DNA of 64,000 nt, from assembly GCA_042408215.1 (NCBI GenBank), contig JAYFMW010000010.1, positions 111,963 through 175,962 of the forward strand, read 5' to 3'. The stretch is from Microcoleus sp. GTDB taxonomy: Bacteria > Cyanobacteriota > Cyanobacteriia > Cyanobacteriales > Microcoleaceae. The notes below the pieces were generated by a model. That model had not been told where the DNA came from. It saw only the letters and a list, made by a program, of their open reading frames with translations, and did no database searches. The number at the start of each line of letters is the position of its first letter. Position 1 is the stretch's first letter. This document shows positions 33,201-43,540 of the stretch, piece after piece. The position numbers and the translations under genes were made by a program.

Positions 33201-34913
33201 TTAGTTTCCAATGCCTAAACGCCCAGCTAAAGCTGGAGTCAACGGCAACAGTATAGCAATCATCAAAAACAAAGCCAACAAACCCAAAGCTGCGCGAGCG
33301 TCGTCAGGTTCAGTTAGCTCGTTGAGCGTCGGCCGCTCCAAATTCCGCTGTAAAATCAGAATTACGATCGCCCAATACAGAGCCAAAGGATTAACTAAAG
33401 AAGCGATCGCTAACACTGCAAAAGTCGCCAAAGTCGCCAGATTAGCTGTTTTCCGGCCGTAGATTGCTTGCAGAATTCTACCCCCGTCTAACTGTCCGGC
33501 CGGCATCAAATTAATCGCCGTGATTACCAAACCCAACCACCCGATCACCACCAGAGGATGAACGTCTACCAATTGCTGCTGCAAAGCCGAACCCAAAACC
33601 ACTTTTGCCAAAGTTCCCACCAAAACTGAACCCTTAAAAATTTCTGCGGGAATTTGAAACAAACTGCCGGTGTGAGAAAGTAGCAAACCCAGTACCAGCA
33701 TCGACAGAGCAACTATTCCCCCGGCAGCGGGCCCGGCGATGGAGATGTCAAATAGCACTTTGCGGTTGGGTAGCAGGGACTCAAAACGGTCGATCGCCCC
33801 AAAAGAACCTATTTGCCAAGTTGGTATAAAAAACGGCCAACTCAAGCCAACATTGTACCGACTTGCCAGCACTCGGCGAGCAATTTCACGAGAGCCTAAA
33901 ACGGCCCAAATGCCTGCTGCGATTGGCAGCACTTCTAGATATCTAGCCGGCGAGCTAAAGAAGTCGAAACCCCGGAGCAATCCACCGGTTTCCAATGTAG
34001 TAGCAAAGGTGGCCAGTAGCAGCACTACGGATAGGATTTTTTGAGATACGGTAGTTGGCTGCGGGTCGTTTTCGCTGGGTAAGATGATCGCTACCGGCTT
34101 GTCGTCCTGATTTTCTACTAAAAATAGTCGGTAGCGATCGCCCAATCTTGCTTGTAAACTTGCCGACAACCGCGAGTGTACTAGTTCTGGATCTCCCCGC
34201 AGATTTCCTTTGAAAATCAACCCATCTTGATAGGGAATAGTTTCTGTTGCAAAGAAAGTATCGATGCCAAAGATACCTTGAATTGCTTTTAAGTCTTCGG
34301 CGGGAACCGGAATTATTTCTAATTGATTAGTTGCCTGGGACGATGTTACGATTTTAACTGGTTCTCTGGGCGGTGTCGGCTGGGACTCAGGGGCAGAATT
34401 CCCATCGCTTGGGGACTTGATCTCAGTAGTATCGGGGGGCGAGCGCAACTCTGCATCGACTGCGGCCGATCGCAGTTCCCTACCCAGATAGATGTACAAT
34501 CCTGTTGATGCCACCAGCATCAACAATACCGCCACCAGATTTAGGTAAATCCCAGCAGAGAACAAACTAAAGAACAGCAGCCAGGGACTGAGGAGCACAA
34601 CTGACTGCAACCAAGCCAAAATTCCCAGTTTGCCAAAAGGTCTGGCGCGATAAAATCCCCAACCCAGAATTCCCACAGCCACCAGTACAAGTGCGATTGT
34701 TGCCGTATTTTCCGATGAAGCAGGAGTTGACATTCCTGTGGCTTGTGCTAATACGGGTTTGTGAAGGTCGATCGCGCTGTGGTCGAACAATAGCATTAAA
34801 TTCCTGGCAATATGAGATGTTGTCGAAGAGAAAGTTGCTGCGAACATATCCAAACATGAAAGGAAACTAGCCTGATTACTAAGGATAACCCCTCGATGCT
34901 CCTGGGCTGACAA
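33201..34913 (-). CDS. site-2 protease family (M50, EGY-like) membrane protein; true start probably downstream of 34913
   Basis: FGIDTFFATE, GNLRG, IGSFGA, AGP, NLMPAGQLDGG. The HExxH position reads REIAR, so it may be catalytically inactive. Confidence 0.85.
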   Translation of the reverse strand: MSAQEHRGVILSNQASFLSCLDMFAATFSSTTSHIARNLMLLFDHSAIDLHKPVLAQATGMSTPASSENTATIALVLVAVGILGWGFYRARPFGKLGILAWLQSVVLLSPWLLFFSLFSAGIYLNLVAVLLMLVASTGLYIYLGRELRSAAVDAELRSPPDTTEIKSPSDGNSAPESQPTPPREPVKIVTSSQATNQLEIIPVPAEDLKAIQGIFGIDTFFATETIPYQDGLIFKGNLRGDPELVHSRLSASLQARLGDRYRLFLVENQDDKPVAIILPSENDPQPTTVSQKILSVVLLLATFATTLETGGLLRGFDFFSSPARYLEVLPIAAGIWAVLGSREIARRVLASRYNVGLSWPFFIPTWQIGSFGAIDRFESLLPNRKVLFDISIAGPAAGGIVALSMLVLGLLLSHTGSLFQIPAEIFKGSVLVGTLAKVVLGSALQQQLVDVHPLVVIGWLGLVITAINLMPAGQLDGGRILQAIYGRKTANLATLATFAVLAIASLVNPLALYWAIVILILQRNLERPTLNELTEPDDARAALGLLALFLMIAILLPLTPALAGRLGIGN

Positions 34914-35228
34914 CCGGATGTGGCTGTTTTAACTTGAGTTGATTTAACTATTGACATAATAGTATTTTTATGATATGGCATCTGCTTTGACTGACCCAAA
35001 AGCGATGCAGGAAATACTCAGATACTCATGCATAGTAACCCGATCGCAGAGGGGAAATGAGGAAGTACAGCTCAGCGTGGGCGATCGGGGGCTTTGTTGG
35101 TAGAGGTTTGAGTATGATTTGTGTTGGAGCGACAAATCATAGTCAAATCATCGTCTAATCATCGTCAAAGACATAGGCTGTTGCTAAATCGCTACCTAGG
35201 TAATTGGTTAAAACCCTTGTGGTGTATA

Positions 35229-35276
35229 GTTTTCTGTAACGGGTACGGCAGGACTCGAACCTGCGACTCGCTGCTT
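35229..35276 (-). repeat. duplicated tRNA-Arg 3' end (att-like direct repeat)
   Basis: 48 bp identical to 35882-35929. Confidence 0.92.
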
Positions 35277-35287
35277 TAGAGCTACAA

Positions 35288-35710
35288 GTGCAGGCCTTGC
35301 AAAAAACTCTAGAAGCCTTGACAGAAACACTGCTGGGAAGGTCTGATGAGGAATTATGTAACCCGAATAACCCGATTGAGTTACCGACTGCTATAGGTAA
35401 CTTGATGGTAGAGAATGAATCCCTCAAAACTGACTACGCCAAACTCCTAGAGAGCAGCACTCGTGTTACCAACAACCTCAGAGAGGAAGTGCAGAAATTG
35501 CGATCGCAGGTCCAGACAGAGAGAACTAAATGGGAAGAGCTACGGGAAGAGCTTGACGATCGCCCTGAGATTCAAAAATCTGTTCTGGCCGTCGCAGATT
35601 TTCCAGAACCAAGTGACTTACTCAACCAGTTGAGGACGCGGCGCAAAAAGTCGCGGGCGGACTTGGCGGATATAGAGGCGGTTTTGGACATACTAGGCTC
35701 GGAGAGTTGA
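35288..35710 (+). CDS. coiled-coil hypothetical protein fragment inside att-flanked remnant
   Basis: Heptad-rich ORF starting immediately after the att copy, probably 5'-truncated. Confidence 0.5.
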   Translation: MQALQKTLEALTETLLGRSDEELCNPNNPIELPTAIGNLMVENESLKTDYAKLLESSTRVTNNLREEVQKLRSQVQTERTKWEELREELDDRPEIQKSVLAVADFPEPSDLLNQLRTRRKKSRADLADIEAVLDILGSES

Positions 35711-35892
35711 CCCGTGTCTACCTAAAGGATACCGGGATACCGCATGACTCAGATAGGCAGTGTTGTGCAATTGTCTTGCACAACAATTGCACAACAAATG
35801 CACAACAAATGCACAACAAACAAGGTTTGAGCCGCTCTCTACTTTGCGGTAAAGAACGGCTCAAAGCATTGATGCTATTAGGTTTTCTGTAA

Positions 35893-35966
35893 CGGGTACG
35901 GCAGGACTCGAACCTGCGACTCGCTGCTTAGAAGGCAGCTACTCTATCCACCTGAGTTACGCACCC
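35893..35966 (-). tRNA. trnR: tRNA-Arg(UCU)
   Basis: GGGTGCGTAACTCAGGTGGATAGAGTAGCTGCCTTCTAAGCAGCGAGTCGCAGGTTCGAGTCCTGCCGTACCCG; anticodon stem GCTGC/GCAGC, loop CTTCTAA. Confidence 0.96.
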
Positions 35967-36324
35967 AACTCAAAAATTCAGACGTCAGCTAAAAATTTGC
36001 TAACAACATTATTGTATCGGTACAGTGTGCGATCGAGCAAGTAAACTTTTGAGAAAAGTTACTCTCTGGGTAGTTGACCCTCCAAAGCGGGCTGCTGCAA
36101 GTCCTGTTAGATGTTGTCGAAGAGTTGGAGCGAGTTTACTCCAAAATGCCGATCGCCCCTGCCCCTATGAATCTTTTACCTACTGGTAGGAGGAGTCCAG
36201 AACAATGAAGTAGAACCGCATAGATGCTCTTGTCAAGGTTCAGGGTGCCTTTCCGCGGCAAGGTGTTTCAGTGGTTGGCTATTTGATACAGTATCAAAAT
36301 ACCACAAATTGAGGTAGTTTGATA

Positions 36325-36467
36325 GTGTCAAAACCAGAAATATTGATTACTTTTCGCGTCACCCAAGAAAAAGATCTATTGAAACAATACTGTGAAAGTC
36401 TGCCAGAAATCAAACAGATGTCCTGAGAGAACTAATCAGATATCTCAAGGGAAGGATAAAATGTTGA
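36325..36467 (+). pseudogene. CopG/ribbon-helix-helix protein remnant (frameshifted)
   Basis: VSKPEILITFRVTQEKDLLKQYCE continues in another frame as SARNQTDVLRELIRYLK; GC-rich hairpins follow at 36470-36550. Confidence 0.55.
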
Positions 36468-36718
36468 CTCTGTGGCGAACCCGCCACGGGGGAGGTCTCA
36501 CTACCTCCCACGGCGGTCGCGGGTGGGTGTTGCGGGTTCCCCTCCCACTTCTATAAAAACCAGATCATAGGACGTGAACTAGGGTAAGGTGTAAAGGTGA
36601 GCGCGATCGCAGCTCAAAAATAACCTAGTCCAAATAGTCCACCAATAGAATTACTTGTTTAGAGATTACAATTACAAGCACAGCACCTCGGCCATGACAG
36701 GAGTCAAATCGCAGTGTC

Positions 36719-37393
36719 ATGTTTATTCTGAAACGGCAGGATGTTGAAATCACCAATTTTCAACACCCAAAACGGGATCAGCAAATCCCCATTCTCAATT
36801 ATCAGGGGCAGACATTCCGCCTAATCAACGCCTTCAACGGCAAACAAGCAGAAGACGCCAGAGCCTTGTGGCGGGACTTAACCGACAACAAAGGCAAAGC
36901 CTGCGTGCTGCTAGAAGAGCCGGATAGATATAGCGTCTGGGGCAAAGTTCGTTTAGACCAGCTTGTCGGCGAAGAACCGACAGGTACGGCCTGTGCCAAA
37001 GCACCGCTGTTCGCACAGGGTTGTCTGCTGCTGCTCCAAGCTGTTTACTTCGATGTAGAAGACCTCCTAGGCGCAAGACAAGCCACATCGTTTCAGAAAG
37101 ATATCGCCAAGGTATTTCAGCAGGGAAACTTCCCCCAGGCAGACTCCCCTGATGCCATCAAAAATTGGCTAACCGTTAGTCCCTTAAAAGGTCTGAATCT
37201 ACCCCCTTGGCAAGAGCAGCATCTCAAGACATTGTTGCAAGAACTGCACCGTTTGGGCAAATCATATTTTGGCAATACCGGCTTCGCTGAGGGAGTGAGC
37301 GACGTGCTGGAAGATATGCCAGCACAGGAGCGTAATCAGTTTCTAGATTGGCTCAAACAATCAGCCCTCAACAAGTTGTGGATCGCATCATAA
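36719..37393 (+). CDS. conserved cyanobacterial protein (Npun_F0813-like)
   Basis: MFILKRQDVEI...ILNYQGQTFRL...WRDLTDNKGKACVLLEE.DRYSVWG. Confidence 0.75.
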   Translation: MFILKRQDVEITNFQHPKRDQQIPILNYQGQTFRLINAFNGKQAEDARALWRDLTDNKGKACVLLEEPDRYSVWGKVRLDQLVGEEPTGTACAKAPLFAQGCLLLLQAVYFDVEDLLGARQATSFQKDIAKVFQQGNFPQADSPDAIKNWLTVSPLKGLNLPPWQEQHLKTLLQELHRLGKSYFGNTGFAEGVSDVLEDMPAQERNQFLDWLKQSALNKLWIAS

Positions 37394-37567
37394 AAAATCT
37401 TTGACAATTGCTTAGACAATTGGGCTTAGACAATTGTCATGACTGTAGGAGGTACGCGATCGGCTGGTTGGATGGCCAACTGGTATTTGCAACCAAATTG
37501 TTAAGTTGGTTTGGATGCCACCTACTTTCTGGCAATTGAACTGCTAGTTAGGTCTCTTGGAATCCCT

Positions 37568-38638
37568 ATGAGTAGCACTTCAGAAAAGTCATCTACATCT
37601 CCATCTTTATTGTCAGCTCAGACCCTAGTCATTGTCGGCATTGTCTGGGCGGTCATGGCGCTGCTGTTTTTTTTGCTGTTCAGCGTCCCCGTCCCTGGAG
37701 AGGGTCTACCGCTTTGGTACTCGATCGGCACTTATGTTTTTGAATGCGGGGCATACTTCGGAGCTGCCCTAGTTTGTTTCAGAAACTGGCAAAGCCCTCA
37801 AATGGTCAGCGGGCGCAACGTCTGGCTGGGCATTGGTCTGGGGATGCTGTTCTACTTTATCGCCGGCGTGATATTTGGCATTTGGGAACTCTACTTCGGG
37901 ATGGATCCGGACGTGTCCCCAGCAGATGCGTTTTATCTGGGCAGCTATGTGGTACTGATCGGGGGCATGGTTGTGGCTGTTACCTCCAAGCGGCTGAATC
38001 TAGAAATTTGGCAGTGGGGTCTGTTATCGGCAATAGCTGCCTTCGGGATTGCGATCGCGCTCTGGGTGGTGGCACCTGACTTTTGGAGGGTAAAGCTAGG
38101 ACTGGCTCCGGCATCGACTCAGGAAGTAGTGACAGAAACTGCACCGGACTCAACTAAAGAAACAGCGAAAGCCCCTGGTTTGAAGGACTCGCCGACCTCA
38201 AAGGGAAAAGGATCGACCCCGCCTGTGGCTAAGTCGGCACCAGAAGCAGCAGAAGCAGAAGAAACTAAAGCTCCTGGATGGGTTTTGGCGCTAGACAAGC
38301 AACTGTCACCCTATGCCTACGCCATCAATCTGTTTTACATCGTGGGGGACGTTTTTCTGCTGATTATTGCTACTGCACTGCTGCTGGCTTTTTGGGGAGG
38401 ACGTTTTTCCCAATCTTGGCGGATGATTGCGGCTGCAACTTTTTCGCTGTACATCGCGGATATGTACTTTAAGTGGCGAGATACTCAAGGGGATGGTACT
38501 TACCAAAGTGGCAATTTGTTGGAAGTCTTTTTTGTTTTCAGCGCCATTTTGTTCGGAATAGGAGCTGTCTTGGAACATGACATCTCAACCCGTTCACGGC
38601 AGAGCAGGCGCAGTCGGCGCGCTGAAACAAGGATTTGA
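37568..38638 (+). CDS. multi-pass membrane hypothetical protein
   Basis: About 8 hydrophobic segments, PDVSPADAFY and GGRFSQSW; ATG 37568 preferred as start. Confidence 0.75.
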   Translation: MSSTSEKSSTSPSLLSAQTLVIVGIVWAVMALLFFLLFSVPVPGEGLPLWYSIGTYVFECGAYFGAALVCFRNWQSPQMVSGRNVWLGIGLGMLFYFIAGVIFGIWELYFGMDPDVSPADAFYLGSYVVLIGGMVVAVTSKRLNLEIWQWGLLSAIAAFGIAIALWVVAPDFWRVKLGLAPASTQEVVTETAPDSTKETAKAPGLKDSPTSKGKGSTPPVAKSAPEAAEAEETKAPGWVLALDKQLSPYAYAINLFYIVGDVFLLIIATALLLAFWGGRFSQSWRMIAAATFSLYIADMYFKWRDTQGDGTYQSGNLLEVFFVFSAILFGIGAVLEHDISTRSRQSRRSRRAETRI

Positions 38639-38783
38639 GATTGAGGATTGCTGGCAAGCCCTTGGGATGCAACAGCTTTGTAGCCCTAGCCAACATTTCT
38701 CAGATGCAAATTCACAATCGAAATTCACAGTTCGTTGACGGTTAGCCTGCGCTTGGACAGGTCTTTTTGCTGGAAAACTTGGC

Positions 38784-39794
38784 ATGACGCCCACAAAACT
38801 CTCGAATTCTGATCGACGCGAAATCATCAGGCTGTACCGACAGTCGGACGAGAATACTATTACTCTGGCAAAGCGCTACGGGGTAAGTAGTTCTACGGTG
38901 AGGCGCCTCCTTCAGAGTGCTTTATCGGAGCCGGAATACGAATCTTGTGTCCAGCAAAAACAAAAGCGTTTGCCCGATCGCACCAGTGTTGCTCTACCTA
39001 GGGCCCGGACTGTTGAGTCCTCAGTAACTGACTCGGAGCTTGATGCTGTATATGCCCCAGTCTCCCAGTCAGTCCCTGTTGGGCCGTCGTCAGTCGCAAA
39101 TTCGAGACCGACAATCCGGCAGCGTTTTTTATCGGCTGCTCAACCAGTTGCCCAGAAGGAAGTTCGAGGAGCTCTACAGTCAGATTTGGATGTTTCTGAC
39201 ACAGCAGAAGCCGAGGGACTTAATCTTGCTAATGGCGGTGATTACGTTGCTGTGAGTGGGGAATTAAAGGCAATGCTGCCAGAAGAAGGACTGCTGGCTG
39301 GTGAAGATTTTAGCGATTTCGACGAGGGTGAGGATGAAGATGAGGACGAGGATGAGGACGAAGATGAGGATGATTTAGATGATTTTGACGGGGAGGATTT
39401 GGAGGATGAAGACTCTCTGTTTGAAGGAAGTCTGCTGGGTGTGCGATCGTCCGGTGAATCGACGAGCGAGCTTGGGGCGCAAACGCTGATTCAAGTTTTG
39501 CCATTAAGCCAAGCGTCTCTTCCGAAAATTTGCTATTTGGTAGTCGATCGGGCTGGGGAGTTAATCACTAGACCTCTGAAAGATTTTGGCGAACTGGGTC
39601 AAATTCCGGCGCTCGAAACTCGGGAGAAAACTCTGCCAGTTTTTGATAACCACCGAGTTGCTGGGCGATTTGCGACTCACCATCAAAGGGTTGTGAAGGT
39701 TCCTGATGGCAAGATGCTGGAAAAAGCTGCGCCTTATTTGCAAGCTAAGGGAATTACGAGGATGTTGATTGACGGTCAAGTTTACTCTTTATAA
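38784..39794 (+). CDS. N-terminal HTH protein with acidic linker, conserved cyanobacterial type
   Basis: TLAKRYGVSSSTVRRLL HTH; (DE)n tract; CYLVVDRAGELITRPLKDF...LQAKGITRMLIDGQVYSL. Confidence 0.75.
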   Translation: MTPTKLSNSDRREIIRLYRQSDENTITLAKRYGVSSSTVRRLLQSALSEPEYESCVQQKQKRLPDRTSVALPRARTVESSVTDSELDAVYAPVSQSVPVGPSSVANSRPTIRQRFLSAAQPVAQKEVRGALQSDLDVSDTAEAEGLNLANGGDYVAVSGELKAMLPEEGLLAGEDFSDFDEGEDEDEDEDEDEDEDDLDDFDGEDLEDEDSLFEGSLLGVRSSGESTSELGAQTLIQVLPLSQASLPKICYLVVDRAGELITRPLKDFGELGQIPALETREKTLPVFDNHRVAGRFATHHQRVVKVPDGKMLEKAAPYLQAKGITRMLIDGQVYSL

Positions 39795-39799
39795 TAAAT

Positions 39800-41340
39800 A
39801 CCCTGAAAACCCTGTGACTTTAGTCCAGGGATGAAAGGGCGTGGCAGGATTTATCCTGCCTGTTCGTAAGTTTCAATATAACATAATGTTTAACCGTCCC
39901 CGGACAAATCCTTCTAGCAATTGAGACCAAGGTAAAGATTTGTTGAGGATTAATTAACTTGTTAATTCACGCTCTATACTAAACCTAGTGTCACCATAGC
40001 CAGTAATTTCAATGTACGCAGTACAAAAAGATGTTTGGCATTTAAAAGGACTCGACAAAACTATTGTCGAACAACTACTAAGATGGTCAAATAATCTGTT
40101 TAATGTCGGAACTTACGAAAGTCGGCAACAATACTTGAAAAACCAAAGCGTAGTTAAATATCCAGATTTGTATAAAATAGCTAAAACCAACGAAAATTAT
40201 GGGTTGCTATACTCTCAAGTTGCCCAGCAATCTCTTAAATCTGTTGCGGAATCTTTTACTTCTTTCCGAGCTTTAGAGAAGTTGGCAAATCAAGGAGAAA
40301 TCCATCAAAAACCGAGACTACCAAGGTACAGAACCAAAGGGGGAATGTACCCCGTTTCATATCCCGGTCAAGCCTTAAAGGTGATTGAAAATAAAATCAG
40401 ATTACCCCTGGGTAAAAAAGGAAAAGAATACTTTGGGAAAGATGCGCTTTGGGTTCCGCTACCTGAACGGATCAAGAATTGCCAGATCAAAGAACTCAGG
40501 TTGATCCCTAGGAATGGTGCGGTATGGGTCGAATATGTCTACGAATCTCTGACTGAACAAGCCCCTAGTTGCTGCTTGGAAGTGACAGGGATTCTGGGCA
40601 TCGATCACGGCATCAATAACTGGTTAACTTGTGTCTCTAGCAATGGTAAACCTTTGATCATTGATGGACTTAGACTCAAGTCTTGGAACCAATGGTTTAA
40701 CAAAGAAAAAGCGAGAGTTCAATCAGAATACACAATACATAAATTACCCAAAGGTTTCTCGTCAAAAAGATTGCAGCAGTTGTCGGAAATTTGCACTAGA
40801 AGGATGAGAGATGCTGTCAACAAAGCAGTTAGAAGTATTATAGATTATTGCGAAAATAACCAAATAAATGTCTTAGTCTTTGGTTGGAATAAAGGACAGA
40901 AGCAAGAAGTTAATATGGGGGGAGTGACTAATCAGAACTTTGTCCAAATACCCACAGCTAAAGTCAAAGATAGACTACAACAAGAGTGCGACTTAAGGGG
41001 ATGGCGATTTTGCGAACAAGACGAATCTTACACCTCAAAATCAAGTTTTTTAGACCGAGACATTTTGCCAGTAAAAGTCGGTGAAAAACCTGACAATTGG
41101 CAACCATCGGGTAAAAGAATCAAAAGAGGATTGTACCGTTCTAGCGCTGGGTTGTTAATCAATGCAGATGTTAACGGTGCTGCTAATATCATTAGAAAAT
41201 CAAAAGTAGCCATAGACTCAATTATTGAGCGAGTGGGTAGTGGGTTGCTGACTAATCCTTTGAGAATTAAACTTTGGGCGGATTCATCCCCCAAAGTTTG
41301 TCCTTAAGAATCCCCGTGTCTTCAGACCGGGGAGTGTCAA
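39800..41340 (+). mobile_element. IS200/IS605-family element (tnpB only)
   Basis: Related subterminal hairpins CCCTGTGACTTTAGTCCAGGG (39810-39830) and CCCCGTGTCTTCAGACCGGGG (41312-41332); ends in TCAA; left boundary inferred. Confidence 0.85.
40012..41307 (+). CDS. tnpB: RNA-guided endonuclease TnpB
   Basis: GIDHG (RuvC-I), VFGWNKGQKQ, QDESYTS, NADVNGAANI. Confidence 0.92.
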   Translation: MYAVQKDVWHLKGLDKTIVEQLLRWSNNLFNVGTYESRQQYLKNQSVVKYPDLYKIAKTNENYGLLYSQVAQQSLKSVAESFTSFRALEKLANQGEIHQKPRLPRYRTKGGMYPVSYPGQALKVIENKIRLPLGKKGKEYFGKDALWVPLPERIKNCQIKELRLIPRNGAVWVEYVYESLTEQAPSCCLEVTGILGIDHGINNWLTCVSSNGKPLIIDGLRLKSWNQWFNKEKARVQSEYTIHKLPKGFSSKRLQQLSEICTRRMRDAVNKAVRSIIDYCENNQINVLVFGWNKGQKQEVNMGGVTNQNFVQIPTAKVKDRLQQECDLRGWRFCEQDESYTSKSSFLDRDILPVKVGEKPDNWQPSGKRIKRGLYRSSAGLLINADVNGAANIIRKSKVAIDSIIERVGSGLLTNPLRIKLWADSSPKVCP

Positions 41341-41566
41341 TAACTGGCTGTGAAGCAGAAAGTATCCATAGCGGTTGAAGAATTGCACCTCCGATCAATC
41401 CCGCACTAAGGCTGATGGCTAAGACTACTCCTACGGGCATTGGTATGGATTGGAACAAGGTAAAGTTTAGGGATACTGGCGTGGCGTTCTGGACTGAGAG
41501 AATGCCGATCGCACTGACCAAAATTGCTAGTAAAAAACTAATGGCGAGCAAAGGAATTGTTTTCAT
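41267..41566 (-). CDS. LapA/DUF1049-like small membrane protein; C-terminus overlaps the IS
   Basis: Two TM helices around SVQNATPVSL.F..FQSI.MPVG. Confidence 0.75.
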   Translation of the reverse strand: MKTIPLLAISFLLAILVSAIGILSVQNATPVSLNFTLFQSIPMPVGVVLAISLSAGLIGGAILQPLWILSASQPVIDTPRSEDTGILKDKLWGMNPPKV

Positions 41567-41574
41567 AAAAGGGG

Positions 41575-41767
41575 TTGACAAATCAATGATTAATCTGATA
41601 TAGTTGCTTCATAATCGAAATCTGTGTCAAAATATTATTTTAGCAAATATCCCATTATTAGGTAGCATACCACAAGAAGTTAGGAAAAGTCAAGGAAATA
41701 TCCAAAATTTTGAGGATTTTTTTTAATTCATAAAAACAAAAATTGCCCAACTGCCAGGAATCCAATT
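41575..41767. repeat. second (inverted) copy of the convergent-promoter/hairpin element
   Basis: TTGACA-18-TATAGT (+) and TTGACT-18-TATGCT (-); imperfect IR at 41611-41658 with ATAAT...AAAAT arms. Confidence 0.55.
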
Positions 41768-41828
41768 GTATTACAAATATATAGTTTTTTGATTTTTTAA
41801 ATAAACCGCGAAGACGCGAAGGACACAA

Positions 41829-41884
41829 AGAAAAGAAAAGAAAAGAAAAGAAAGAAAGAAAGAAAGAAAGAAAGAAAAGAAAGG
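41829..41884. repeat. (GAAAA)n(GAAA)n purine microsatellite
   Basis: Seen directly in the sequence. Confidence 0.9.
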
Positions 41885-42005
41885 GAGTGTAGATCGGAAT
41901 TTATTTGGTATAAGGTGTGCAGTGCACACCTTATAATTTTGGCTGCCTAAATCTTGACATTTTCTAACTCAAGGGGCAAGCCTGGGTGTTGAAAAGAGTG
42001 GGAGT

Positions 42006-43448
42006 TCACACAGGTTCTAATTGAGCAATTACCTGTTTCATGTGTGCGGCGATTTTGGCTTCTTTTTCCACTGAATTTGTTTCCATGTAAACGCGCATCA
42101 AAGGTTCAGTCCCTGAAGGCCTCAAAAGTATCCAGCCACCGTCTTCAAGATAGAGCTTGATTCCGTCTTTGCGGCCGATTTCCTTCACGCCAATACCAGC
42201 TACTTCCGAGGGCGGGTTGTTGGTAAAAGATGCTAAAACGGCTGCTTTGTGGGCGTCTTCGAGGTGCAAGTCAAGACGTTGGTTGTACAGGGGGCCGTCG
42301 GCTTCGCGGATGGCTTCTTCGACTAGCTGAGAAAGGGGTTTGCCTTCGTAGGCGATCGCCTCTGCGACCAGCATATCAGCCAAAATCCCATCTTTTTCGG
42401 GGATGTGACCTAAAACGCTCAAACCGCCGGATTCTTCGCCGCCGATGAGTACGGCTGTTTCTCGCATTTTTTCGCCGATGTATTTAAAGCCGACTGCGGT
42501 TTCGTAGATTTTCAAGCCGTATTTGGCGGCCATATTGTCCAGCAAGTGGGTAGTGGCGACGGTACGGACGATCGCCCCTGTTAAGCCTTTATTCTTGACT
42601 AAGTGACGCGCCAGCAGCAACAGCACAGTATTTGGAGTCAAGACATTTCCCAACTCGTCAACAATACCAAAGCGATCGCTGTCGCCATCCGTCGCCAAGC
42701 CCAAATCCGCTGCATCTTTCTTAACAGCTTCTACCAACTCAACCAATTGTTCGCCCTTGGGCTCGGGCATTCCGCCGCCAAACAGCACGTCGCGGTAGGT
42801 GTGAAAACTCTCCAAATCGCAGCCGCAGTGTTCCAAAACCAGGTCGAGATAGCCGCGAGAAGTGGAATAGAGGGCATCGTACTTGACCTTCAATTTAGCC
42901 GATCGAATCCGCTCTACATCGATCAAGGTATAGAGAAACTTGAGATATTCGGGTTTCGGATCAAAACTAGAGATTCGATCGTTGTGGCTGCCGATCGCTG
43001 GGGCATCAGAAGCACCAGCAATATTTGCTACAATTGTATCAGTGATTTCCGGGGTAGCCGGGCCCGCGTAGTCGGGGATGTATTTGATGCCGCAGTAAGG
43101 TGCGGGATTGTGTGAAGCCGTGAACATCAGGGCTCCGGCGGAGTTTAAATGCTTGGCGCTGTAGGCGATGACTGGTGTGGGGCAATCTCGATCGACCACC
43201 ATGACTGTCCATCCCAAATCTGCGAGGATCTCAGCGGAGGTGCGGGCGAATTCGTCTGCCAGAAAGCGGGTATCGTATGATACTAGAACTGGGCGGTCTT
43301 TTGTGTAAGCGGTTTCGAGATAACTGGCGATCGCCCGCGTTACTTTACGCACGTTAGCAAAAGTAAAGTCATGGGCGATAAGTCCGCGCCACCCGTCGGT
43401 TCCGAACTTGATTTCTGTTGAATTGCTGCTGGTGCTCATTTTCGCCAC
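42006..43448 (-). CDS. phosphoglucomutase/phosphomannomutase family protein
   Basis: FGTDGWRG, TASHNP, DGDSDR, GGEESGG, RPSGTEP. Confidence 0.95.
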   Translation of the reverse strand: MAKMSTSSNSTEIKFGTDGWRGLIAHDFTFANVRKVTRAIASYLETAYTKDRPVLVSYDTRFLADEFARTSAEILADLGWTVMVVDRDCPTPVIAYSAKHLNSAGALMFTASHNPAPYCGIKYIPDYAGPATPEITDTIVANIAGASDAPAIGSHNDRISSFDPKPEYLKFLYTLIDVERIRSAKLKVKYDALYSTSRGYLDLVLEHCGCDLESFHTYRDVLFGGGMPEPKGEQLVELVEAVKKDAADLGLATDGDSDRFGIVDELGNVLTPNTVLLLLARHLVKNKGLTGAIVRTVATTHLLDNMAAKYGLKIYETAVGFKYIGEKMRETAVLIGGEESGGLSVLGHIPEKDGILADMLVAEAIAYEGKPLSQLVEEAIREADGPLYNQRLDLHLEDAHKAAVLASFTNNPPSEVAGIGVKEIGRKDGIKLYLEDGGWILLRPSGTEPLMRVYMETNSVEKEAKIAAHMKQVIAQLEPV

Positions 43449-43540
43449 TCCTTTTGATTTTAGATGTAATCAATCGTACTAGAAGCCTATGCTGTCGAGG
43501 CGTATCGGCCTTGTACTTTTCGTACCAAGCCAGTACCTAG

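Noticed and set aside
35229..35280. Second tRNA gene
   Set aside because: Only the 3' half is present; it is an att-like duplication.
38784..39794. Transposase for the adjacent tnpB
   Set aside because: No HUH/Y1, serine-recombinase or DDE motifs, and it lies outside the IS ends.
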